64,000 nt of DNA from assembly GCA_937625935.1 (NCBI GenBank), contig OW569369.1, forward strand, positions 62,001 through 126,000, given 5' to 3'. The stretch is from Tetramitus jugosus. Lineage: Eukaryota > Protista > Heterolobosea. Position numbers and translations under genes: made by a program. Below are positions 11,970 to 21,086 of the stretch, piece after piece; within the stretch, counting starts at the first letter, position 1; each line of letters opens with the position of its first letter. The notes beneath the pieces were generated by a model. The model ran no database searches. It worked only from the letters and a program-made list of their open reading frames with translations, and was not told the origin of the DNA.

Positions 11970-14681
11970 GCCAGGACTACGGAATTCATTGATCCTCGAT
12001 TCTTCTTCAATGCCGCTACAGGAAAGAAATCGCTAAGGCTGAGGTTTAAAAGCTATAAGAGTAATGAATGCATAGTGACTGATCCAGTGAAAGTAGCCGA
12101 ACATGCGGCTAATTACTTCGAGGAGGTATTTGAGTATGAGATGGCAAATATGTCATTTCTCGATGAACTGGGGCCCAGAAGGCAGAACATGGAGGATTGT
12201 TTCCCGGAGTTTGAGGTTGAAGAGGTGCAACAAGCACTGAAGTGGCTAAGGAATGGCAAGGCCCCAGGGGTGGATCGAGTATTCAATGAAATGTTGAAAC
12301 TGGCCTCGACAAAAAAGAGAGACTTTAGGTATGAGTTCGCAGAATTTCTCACTTCCTTTTTCAACAACATATTACAGACAGGGCATTTTCCTGTCATGTG
12401 GAAGCAATGCGTCATTGTGCCAGCATATAAGAAGGGATGTCCTATGACAATAGCAAATTTCCGCCCCATTTGCCTACTAAGTGGTTTGTCAAAAGTGTTC
12501 ACTCGACTCTTAAATAAAAGAGTGTCTGAAGCGGCAGAGAAGACAGGAGTCTTTAGCAATACCCAGGGAGGGGGGCGCAAATTACGGGACATTCGCGAAA
12601 AGTTGTCCATCATCAGAGGTGTAATAGATCATGCGAATAGAAAAGATAAACAGTTGTTTGTCCTCCTAACAGATATATCGAAAGCATTTGATAGTGTGCC
12701 GCACAATGCTATTACGTCAGCTTACAGGTATTTCGGCTATCCGGAGAGAATCATTTCACTCATCCATGATATGCTTGAGTCAAATGAGGCTAGAATAGGA
12801 ACACAGTGTAAGTCCCGAAGGTTCTATGTTGATCGCGGAACTAGACAGGGAGATTCTCTCTCCCCGACCACATATGTAATCGTCCATCAACTGGTGCTGC
12901 TATATGCAGGGGTGAGAGCGACAGGATATGAGGCAATATCACAGAGGATATGGAACGTTGCATATGTAGATGACTGCAATCTACTGAGTGACAACCTTCT
13001 GGATATTGAAACAACAGCCAATGCGATGTACAGAGCTCTGAGTTGGTTGGGACTTTGCATGCACCCAGACAAGTTAGAGTTCTACGCTCGAATCACTGGA
13101 AAGGAGCCTGTAACTATGAGAGTTGCTGAAAAACAAATTGTAGCAAAGGACAAGACCACGGTGTTCAGGGCACTAGGTCTTTACACAAACCTGAAGGGTG
13201 AGACGGAAGCTCAAAAGAAACAAGCCAAGATGAAGGTACTTCGAATACTAAATAGAGTGAAACTTCTAAGGCTGAGTCCAGCCCAGACAGCACGCATTGT
13301 GAACACATGTGTACATCCTGTCTTTCTGTTTGCGTCTGAATTCACCCACTGGCCAAAGAGGTGGCTGAATGAGATAGAGGGTATTGGCCGAAAAGCAGTT
13401 AAGCATGGGTCTGGTGCTCTGAAAAGGTTTCCATCCGATTTATTGTCAGTGGGAAGAGATTATGGTGGTATTGGCCTTAATGGTTTCAAGGATAGCCTGG
13501 TCTCCAGAATTTGCGCTTTTGTTTCAGCCATGCTTCAAGGGAAGAGGGACACAGAAGCACGGACACTGTTACTGGATACGCTTGATGAGGTCAAGCATAA
13601 TCATACGCTCGTAAGGTCGAGCATCTTCAAATCCAGTACTCGTCTTCGTGAGGTAAAACATTCATACTTGGCATGGTGCGCCAAACTTCTCCACGGTTCT
13701 GGTGTGGTCATCAGCACTGATGATGCTCATGAGTGCGAAAAGTGTAGTATTGCTTGGAGCCTCCCTAGTGGGGAGGCGAGATTGCTCCTCCGTTCTGGTA
13801 TAACTAGGAACTCACAGCTGTTTGATGATGATGGTGTCATGGCGATGACATACGAAGAGGCGAAGAAAAGGTACAAAATGAAAGGAATCGGACCAGTCAA
13901 GTACATGAGAGTACGAGCATATATGGAACTTCTCGGCAAGCCGTGTGATGAAAAATTTCTTGCAAAACGAAAAGGTCAGGGGGAATTGGTTGTAAAGTTG
14001 AAGGATGTGAGAATTGACAATCCTAACGTCAGTGAAGGTCTTACAGAACTGCTTAAGAAGGCTAGATCCGAGGCTATTGGTACAAATAAGAACTGGTGGT
14101 TGGAAGCTGAAATGTTGAAGGAAAAGGAGTGGAACCACTTTCTGAAATGTCCATTTGGCCTAGAAAGGAAAGAACTTTGGTTCTATCATCAAGTCAGGAG
14201 TGGAACACTTCACACTAAGACGGTGATGAGAGAATTGTACAAGGCCAGTGTAGATGAAGTGTGTCTTAACTGTGCTGCCGCACCGGAGAGTATTCTGCAT
14301 CTGTTGGTGGAATGCGAGTTTGCCGTTATAGCCAGAAAGAAACTAGTTGAAGAGATGAAGTTTAAATTAGATAGACTGAGGTTGCCTGATTCTGCCAAAA
14401 TTGTACTCTGGTTTGACGATGCGATATATGAAAGGGGCAAGATTATGCCACGAAATGTCAAGCGATCACCCGAAAGACTGTTGGAGGGACTAATGGGCAA
14501 AGAGGGAGGTTTTAGGAAAGAACTATTGGATGTAATGGTGCTCTCCGGCAGGAAACAAAAGGAGGCAGAGAAAGTAATAAGAGGTATGGTGGACTCCATG
14601 AAGAGGGCCTGTGTCAAAGCACTTCACAAAGTATATATTAACTCCGTCGTGAAGAGGAGTGAAACACTGCTCAGCACCTGA
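11970..14681 (+). CDS. ORF2 remnant: reverse transcriptase plus C-terminal CCHC zinc knuckle; N-terminal AP endonuclease presumably lost by truncation
   Basis: KAPGVDRVFNEMLK, NFRPICLLS..SKVF, TDISKAFDSVPH, GTRQGDSLSP, AYVDD, FRALG and CLNCAAAPESILHLLVEC. The frame is open from the element's 5' junction. Confidence 0.92.
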   Translation, partial: ARTTEFIDPRFFFNAATGKKSLRLRFKSYKSNECIVTDPVKVAEHAANYFEEVFEYEMANMSFLDELGPRRQNMEDCFPEFEVEEVQQALKWLRNGKAPGVDRVFNEMLKLASTKKRDFRYEFAEFLTSFFNNILQTGHFPVMWKQCVIVPAYKKGCPMTIANFRPICLLSGLSKVFTRLLNKRVSEAAEKTGVFSNTQGGGRKLRDIREKLSIIRGVIDHANRKDKQLFVLLTDISKAFDSVPHNAITSAYRYFGYPERIISLIHDMLESNEARIGTQCKSRRFYVDRGTRQGDSLSPTTYVIVHQLVLLYAGVRATGYEAISQRIWNVAYVDDCNLLSDNLLDIETTANAMYRALSWLGLCMHPDKLEFYARITGKEPVTMRVAEKQIVAKDKTTVFRALGLYTNLKGETEAQKKQAKMKVLRILNRVKLLRLSPAQTARIVNTCVHPVFLFASEFTHWPKRWLNEIEGIGRKAVKHGSGALKRFPSDLLSVGRDYGGIGLNGFKDSLVSRICAFVSAMLQGKRDTEARTLLLDTLDEVKHNHTLVRSSIFKSSTRLREVKHSYLAWCAKLLHGSGVVISTDDAHECEKCSIAWSLPSGEARLLLRSGITRNSQLFDDDGVMAMTYEEAKKRYKMKGIGPVKYMRVRAYMELLGKPCDEKFLAKRKGQGELVVKLKDVRIDNPNVSEGLTELLKKARSEAIGTNKNWWLEAEMLKEKEWNHFLKCPFGLERKELWFYHQVRSGTLHTKTVMRELYKASVDEVCLNCAAAPESILHLLVECEFAVIARKKLVEEMKFKLDRLRLPDSAKIVLWFDDAIYERGKIMPRNVKRSPERLLEGLMGKEGGFRKELLDVMVLSGRKQKEAEKVIRGMVDSMKRACVKALHKVYINSVVKRSETLLST

Positions 14682-14694
14682 CGGTGCTGAGCGG
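14667..14694 (+). other. 12-bp stem-loop at the retrotransposon ORF end with the stop codon in the loop
   Basis: CTGCTCAGCACC-TGAC-GGTGCTGAGCGG (one G-U pair). Confidence 0.8.
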
Positions 14695-14762
14695 AATCAT
14701 GACTCACAGCAGTGTATTGAATAAAGAGGCAACAATTGTTGTATGGAAAAAAAAAAAAAAAA

Positions 14763-14780
14763 AACATCGATTTCGCGCAG
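14763..14780 (+). repeat. Right target-site duplication
   Basis: AACATCGATTTCGCGCAG at the end of the poly(A) tail, identical to 11952-11969. Confidence 0.95.
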
Positions 14781-15048
14781 CGAATCATAGCCAGCACCAA
14801 GGAAGATTGCTCCTCGCGTCCAAGAGCTGGAGGAAGACAATGCTCTGCACTGTGCCGGAAGAGCGAGCATGTGAGAAGTTACAAACAATAAAGTGAGCGA
14901 ATGGGCGTTGTCCAAAAAAGCTCAGCGTTCGAAAGTATGTTCGTTCTTCGTGCAAATACAACATGGATTGAAACATTGTTGTTTTTATTGACTTGGTCAA
15001 CCTAAGTCATCCCACTACTTCCTGTACATCAACTCCAATGGTTTATTG

Positions 15049-15381
15049 TTACTGCATTGGGTATTGGTGAGTTTTTGTCTTTTTCTCTAACACTTCAATC
15101 GTCTCTTCCTGTAATTCATGAAAGTTCTTATCTGGAGAACGATCTGCCTTCACACTTGCCTCACTAGCGGAAGCTAATGTCTCATTCCAGACCGGAAACT
15201 CTGGAATAGTCGATTCATTTGTTCCTTCAATGGTTCTCTCGACCTCTTTGTCCAATATGGCGCCATCAGGAATATCTCTCTTGAATCGTTTCACATTGTT
15301 CAGAGGTATGGCAACAGCATTTCTGTTACGAACAAAAGAATTGAGAAATTGGTTTCTCAATGGTCTCAGGGCGGTGTTCAT
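15049..15381 (-). CDS. Small hypothetical protein with a mitochondrial-presequence-like N-terminus and a WNETLASASEASVKADR motif
   Basis: 110-aa ATG-initiated ORF whose first ~35 aa are Arg-rich and free of acidic residues. Confidence 0.7.
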   Translation of the reverse strand: MNTALRPLRNQFLNSFVRNRNAVAIPLNNVKRFKRDIPDGAILDKEVERTIEGTNESTIPEFPVWNETLASASEASVKADRSPDKNFHELQEETIEVLEKKTKTHQYPMQ

Positions 15382-15697
15382 TTTCTTTTTTCTCTTGATG
15401 TTTGATAGTTGTTAGGTCTCTAATGGTTTTCTTTCTCAAGTTTGGTTGTATCCTTAAATCGATATTGGATCAATGGTCAACCGTTTCACTTTTTTTAGAG
15501 ACGCGGCACACCTATTTTTTCTGCCTGACCAAAACCTCCTGCCTCCAAAAAGTATCACCTGACAACTACAAGATTCGCATTTCGTGTTTCTGCTAGGTTG
15601 ATGGATCCAAAGTCGTTTCGAAGGTTACTTCCACCACACACGAGTTTCAATAAAAATGAAAAAACAAAAACCTCTTCAAAGAATAATGGCAGTTTAT

Positions 15698-16118
15698 TTA
15701 AGCGCTTTCTTCGGTGTTACGGACAATGTAAATTTGCATTCTGCTGTGCAAAGTCACAGGCTGAATAATGCCCTTTTCGTGCAAGTGTCTCAAACCAACC
15801 TTGGCAACGGAACCAGTAATTCCGAATTGCTCAGAAACTCTAGCGATAGTGATCAACTTCATCTTTGGCACATCCTTCAACAAGGTAGCATAAGACTTCT
15901 TGTCGAACATAATCTTGTTGTTCAACTTCTCCTTAATACGTCCCTTGGACCACTTTTTTTTCTTTTGCTTTGCGCCAGTTGACTTGGCGGCGGCCTTTGC
16001 GGCTTGGATTTCCTTGCTCTTGCCCTATTGAAATGAAATAATGTTAACAATCACATGCGAGTCTTATCAGGAGACACTACAACTTGTAGTGAAATCGATT
16101 TTGTCGATCACATACCAT
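15698..16118 (-). CDS. RPS25: 40S ribosomal protein S25; the first coding exon is only the ATG, intron 16025-16115
   Basis: MGKSKEIQAAKAAAKSTGAKQKKKKWSKGRIKEKLNNKIMFDKKSYATLLKDVPKMKLITIARVSEQFGITGSVAK... Confidence 0.95.
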
Positions 16119-16323
16119 TATTATTTGTTATGACGATTTGTTTTTTGTGTTTTCTCAAAGTGATAAAAGAAAATTTTCTATTGGTTGACAAGAGTTGACT
16201 ACTGGTTCAATCAATTCGTTGCATATTCATTTTCACTATTTCTCCATCTCGTAACTCCGCAAGCGTTTTCACATAACTTCCGCACTTCCACATTTCCCAA
16301 TTGAAGAAAAACCAGACAACAAA

Positions 16324-18411
16324 ATGGCTGTGTTGCATGGATTGGATCTTGCGATTCTCCTCATCTACTTTGTGAGCATATTCATTGTTGGTCTCTACTT
16401 TGGTCCACTACAATCAGTTCGGTCGCTCTGGTATCGTCTCACTGGCGCCAAACAAAAGCTTACAGCGGAGTCGGGATCAGATGAGATAGAAGCTTCACCC
16501 ACCACGAACGACTCTCCATTTTCACCTGATATTGATGAAGTGGATCACAACAACAATGAGAGTATAAAGGTCAACAATGACAACAACAGCAATTCCTCCT
16601 CTACTCAAAAGTTCTTTTTAGCAAATAGAGATGTAACGTTTTTTGCAATTGGTTGCTCACTGTTTGCTTCCAACATTGGTTCTGAGCACTTTATTGGATT
16701 GGCTGCTAGTGGTGCCAAGGAAGGACTATGTGTCTCCTGGGGTGAATGGCTCTCGCCACTGTTCATTCTCATGCTTGGTTTTCTGTTTACACCATTTTAT
16801 TTGAAGGCCCAAGTGTATACACTGCCAGAGTTTATCGAGAGAAGATTTAGTCCAGCGTGCAGAGTGCTCTTGAGTGCTGTTTCTCTCTTCCTGTACATGA
16901 TGACCAAGATTTGTGTCAGTATTTATGCTGGAACCGTTGTTTTGCGTCTCATTTTACAATGGGAAAATGTTTGGTTGAGTGCCTTTGTGTTGGTTGTGAT
17001 TACTGGTATCTATACAGTATCTGGTGGGTTGAATGCTGTGATTTACACCGAGGTTGTTCAGACAATTATTCTGATTGGTGGTGGAATTGCAATCTTTTTC
17101 TTCTCTGTGTATCGTGTAGGTGGTTGGTATTCATTGGTGAGTCAGATGGATGCACTCGCCAGTCCTCCCATCTCTCAAGATCCAAACTTTAGAGGTTATG
17201 GTCACTTGGTGCAACCACCGACGCACAAAAACTTTCCGATTACAGGTGTTTTGTTTGGTATGCCATTTGTGAGCATGTGGTATTGGTCAACAGATCAGGT
17301 CATTGTGCAGAGAGTATTGTGTGCAAAGAACATGAATCATGCAGTCGGTGGCACAGTGTTTGCCGGTTTTCTAAAGGTATGTCAATGTTGTTTGCTCTGA
17401 TTGATTGCATGAGAAGAAGAATTGAGGACTCACACGCGTAGTAACAACAAACAATAGATTTTGCCTCCTTTTTTGATGGTCATACCTGGAATGACAGCAA
17501 GAATTTTGATTCCGAATGTGGTCAAGAATGAGCCGAATACTGCTTTTGTTGCATTGATCTCTGAGGTTCTTCCAGTTGGATTTCGTGGGTTGATGTATGC
17601 AGCATTGCTTGCCGCACTGATGAGTTCATTGGCCTCTGTTTTCCACTCTGCCAGCACTCTGTTCACGATGGATATTTACCGAAAGTTTAGACCTTATGCT
17701 CTTCAATTGATCAATCGGTTGAGGGGCAATACACGAGCAGTAGAAGAGGATGGAGTTGTCGATGATGATAAAGGTTGTTCAGGATACGAGTATGTGGTTG
17801 TGGGACGTATTGCTGGTGTTGTCATCACATTGCTTGGTATTTTGTGGATCCCATTGGTACCTCTCTTGTCTCAAGAGTTGTATGTGTACACGCACAAGGT
17901 GATGAGCTATATGGCACCACCAATTAGCATTGTGTTCTTATTTGGAGTTTGTATCAAGCGAGTGAATTCAATTGCTGCTCTTTTAACCTTAATTTTGGGA
18001 TGGACGTTGGGAATAGGTCGTCTTATCTTGGAGGTCAACTTGGTGAAGAATCACGGTCAATGTTCCTATGCTGATAAGTCTGCTTTGTTTGACAAGGTCG
18101 TTTCCTTTTTTGTTTGCATTAATTTCTTGCATTTTAGTGCTCTCTTGTCTGCTCTGCTCATGACTGTCATGCTACTGATCAGTTTCGCAACAGAAAAACC
18201 AAGAGAGGAGCAGATCAATGGTTTGACTATTGATTGGGACAATGTGAAAGCATATTTCAACTTTTTGACTACTAACTCGCAGACGAACGAAGAATCAACT
18301 GTCAGTGATAAACATTTCTGGGAGAGTGAGCGATTCATGGCTTTAACGAACATTGCTGCCGCAGGCGTATTGGTGAGTTGCTTGCTGGTTCTGTACATCT
18401 CATTCAGATAA
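16324..18411 (+). CDS. Sodium:solute symporter (SLC5, SGLT/myo-inositol type); intron 17377-17457
   Basis: FFLANR, SLFASNIGSEHFIGLAASG, TLPEFIERRF, SGGLNAVIYTEVVQ, WYWSTDQVIVQRVL and LAALMSSLASVFHSASTLFTMDIY. Confidence 0.93.
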
Positions 18412-18450
18412 TTTAGGCTTTAGGATAGAAATAAATAATTGAATAATTTA

Positions 18451-20910
18451 TTACAAACTATTATACAGTGCATTTCCAAAGTTTTGGAACCGCAAGCTTC
18501 GCTTATAAGCTTGTTCCATGTATTGTTTTGCAAACCCATCTTCACTTTTTGCAGGTTGTTTCTCTGGATTCATGGAGATGTCAAGGTGAAGACTGATTGG
18601 CACATCAATGATATCGTCTGGTGGTGATATGGCGCTTAGTGTCTTATAAACATCATCTTTGCTCAATTCTTGTTCACAAATTTCAATGATCGCCTTTTGA
18701 ATAGTTTTGGCCGAGTTCTGGTTCATACAATGTCCAACAAACCAGCCAATATCATTTTGGATGACATTCAAAGCATACAAGTACCACAGATTAAATAGCA
18801 ATTGCGAAGTGGCATTGTCTTCAGGATTCTTCTTCTGGAACTTCTTTACACCTCGGAGGAAAATATTGACTATATCTCTTTCAACACTTGACTTGCTTGC
18901 TTTCACCAAATGATTTTGAACATAGTTCCATGCGTAGAAGGCATTCTTTATCCTTACTTTCTCTTGATCAGCCTTATCTACCTTTGATAATTCTTCATCA
19001 TTCAGCTTCTTCAAAATGTTTTGGTACCGCAGAGCAGCAGTATGTGTTAATCGATGTACTCTGTAGTCAAGAAGAGACAGGATATATCCTTCATCGCGCA
19101 CATTGCCATGGAACTGATAGGATTGAACACTCTTAAAGTATTCATTCACTTGATCGGTCGAGTAGGATAGACCATTGGTGAACCAGTTGCCACTCGAGTA
19201 TTTTTGTTGATATTCATGCATTAGGTGTTTGGCTACTTGTTGGTAGAGAACAGTATTATCTCCCTCAAAGGTTCTTGTGATATCGATAGCATTTCTCCAA
19301 TTACCGAATCGATTCCAAGCAGAGTATCCATGACCACCACATGCAACTCTGAGAGTAGAGAGTGCCAGCATGGCTCGATCACTACAGTATGCTTTCAAGC
19401 CGGCTGATTGAACATGGAGCTTCATTCTTTGTTCTTCTGAGGGACTATGCCTACTAGACTTGGATTTGTTGGTACTGACACCCATTGTTTCAGCGTAGAG
19501 CTTTAAGACATGGTTAGATGCAAATTGGAAGGCATAACCTTCGGCCAACAGTGGATACAATTTAACCTTTTGTTCCTGGAAGGAAATGATGGGTAATTCT
19601 TCTTGATCATTGTTTCTCAACTGTTCTTCAATCAATGATTGCTCTGTTGACGTCGGTGTTTCATTTGACACAACAGCAGTTGCACTTGTTTCTGCTGTCG
19701 CTTTTGCTGGTTGAGAGGCAACTGGTGCGAATTGGGTTCTTTCGAATGCGTAGGGAATGGCAGCTCTCAGTCCCATGGCATACGTACACGCAGTAGCAGT
19801 CACAAGAGAGGATCGTCCCATGGTCAATTGAGACAACATGGCACCAAATCGTTTTGCACTGTTGGAGATGGAAGAGACATACACGGGTACATTGTTCTCA
19901 TTGATGGTCACCTTTGCAAATCGATTGAGCATGTGATCCAATGGTATTCTCACTCGATCAAACACAATATATCCATTGTCCACATTATTGTAACCAATCT
20001 TTGGACCGCAGTCACCAATGGTCACACCTGACAATATCGCATTGGTTTGTGTGTTGCGCAACGGAACAACAAATGCATGAACACCGTAGCAGACACCACC
20101 AATATACAATTGAGCAAATGTGATACACATGTGCGCGTGAGCAGCATTGCCAATCCACCATTTCATGCTCTGTTTTCTAGGACTATGGATCACAAACTGT
20201 TGCGATTCCACATCCAGTGTGGCCACTGTCTCAATCGCTGACACATTGCTACCATGAGACAACTCTGTAATGGCAAAACAACCAATCACTTCCAACCGAT
20301 TCACTCGTTCATAAAACTCACTTGTGCCAAATGACTGTGATTGATTGGGAGTGCCCAGATGGTGCATACTGCCTGCAAAGAAATTGAATTGAAGAGCCAC
20401 TTTGAGAAACAAATTTTCGTCATACTGATTGAGGGCCTCCAATTTGGCAGTGTGCGTCTCATATTCATTAAACATTTCATGGCAACTAAACAGTTGAGCA
20501 ACTCTAGTGAGGTATTGTACGCGGTTCCATGTAATGTTCATTCTCTCACCTCTGGACAAATCCTCGGTGGACATGAAATCGTTGGAGAATAAGACGCGAT
20601 TGTGTTGTCGAATGCATTGATACACTTTTTGTTTGGCATCGAGTTGTTTTTGAGAGTGGAACATTAAAGATAGAGATGATGGAGAGGTTGTTGATGAAGT
20701 GGTAGTAGTAGTAGTAGTGGTAGTAGTGGTGGGAGTGGATGATATGGTTGGTGATGGTCCCATGGAGGATGGATTCAAGTGAGCTTGCAGTTGTTGGAGA
20801 CGACGCTGCTTTTGATCATTGTTGGATTCAATGTTTGATTGAAGCTTATTCTTTGGAGTGGTCATCCCTTTTGATGGTTGCATGCTCTTCTTTTTATTTG
20901 TGTGCGGCAT
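18451..20910 (-). CDS. Peroxisomal acyl-CoA oxidase with an N-terminal PTS2-like signal
   Basis: GCFAITELSHGSNV, KWWIGN, GVHAFVVPLR, IGDCGPKIG..NVDNG, ACGGHGY and TFEGDNTVL. RLQQLQAHL fits the RLx5HL PTS2 consensus. Confidence 0.93.
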   Translation of the reverse strand: MPHTNKKKSMQPSKGMTTPKNKLQSNIESNNDQKQRRLQQLQAHLNPSSMGPSPTISSTPTTTTTTTTTTTSSTTSPSSLSLMFHSQKQLDAKQKVYQCIRQHNRVLFSNDFMSTEDLSRGERMNITWNRVQYLTRVAQLFSCHEMFNEYETHTAKLEALNQYDENLFLKVALQFNFFAGSMHHLGTPNQSQSFGTSEFYERVNRLEVIGCFAITELSHGSNVSAIETVATLDVESQQFVIHSPRKQSMKWWIGNAAHAHMCITFAQLYIGGVCYGVHAFVVPLRNTQTNAILSGVTIGDCGPKIGYNNVDNGYIVFDRVRIPLDHMLNRFAKVTINENNVPVYVSSISNSAKRFGAMLSQLTMGRSSLVTATACTYAMGLRAAIPYAFERTQFAPVASQPAKATAETSATAVVSNETPTSTEQSLIEEQLRNNDQEELPIISFQEQKVKLYPLLAEGYAFQFASNHVLKLYAETMGVSTNKSKSSRHSPSEEQRMKLHVQSAGLKAYCSDRAMLALSTLRVACGGHGYSAWNRFGNWRNAIDITRTFEGDNTVLYQQVAKHLMHEYQQKYSSGNWFTNGLSYSTDQVNEYFKSVQSYQFHGNVRDEGYILSLLDYRVHRLTHTAALRYQNILKKLNDEELSKVDKADQEKVRIKNAFYAWNYVQNHLVKASKSSVERDIVNIFLRGVKKFQKKNPEDNATSQLLFNLWYLYALNVIQNDIGWFVGHCMNQNSAKTIQKAIIEICEQELSKDDVYKTLSAISPPDDIIDVPISLHLDISMNPEKQPAKSEDGFAKQYMEQAYKRSLRFQNFGNALYNSL

Positions 20911-21086
20911 GCTGTTGTGTTGATTTGGGATCCCAAAGTTTCTTCTGGCCTATTTTTTGTTTCTTTGGCGCCAAATTTTTGTCGGATCAATTTACAGTGG
21001 AGTGGACTTTCAGTTTTCGGAACACCAATGAATCACAAAGTCCGATTGAATAAAAAGTTGGGAAATCGAGAGTGTGTTAGTGTGAA

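Larger units (their letters stand above)
11970..14764 (+). mobile_element. 5'-truncated non-LTR retrotransposon (L1/Tx1/TRE-like) inserted 47 bp upstream of tRNA-Val
   Basis: RT ORF, 3' hairpin, AATAAA at 14720-14725, A18 tail at 14747-14764 and perfect flanking target-site duplications. Confidence 0.95.

Noticed and set aside
11854-12036. 60-aa plus-strand ORF MTGIEPATL...
   Set aside because: It is the antisense reading of the tRNA-Val gene.
14679-14694. Selenocysteine insertion or readthrough at the TGA in the hairpin loop
   Set aside because: A second in-frame TGA follows two codons later (TGA CGG TGC TGA), and there is no SECIS-like motif.
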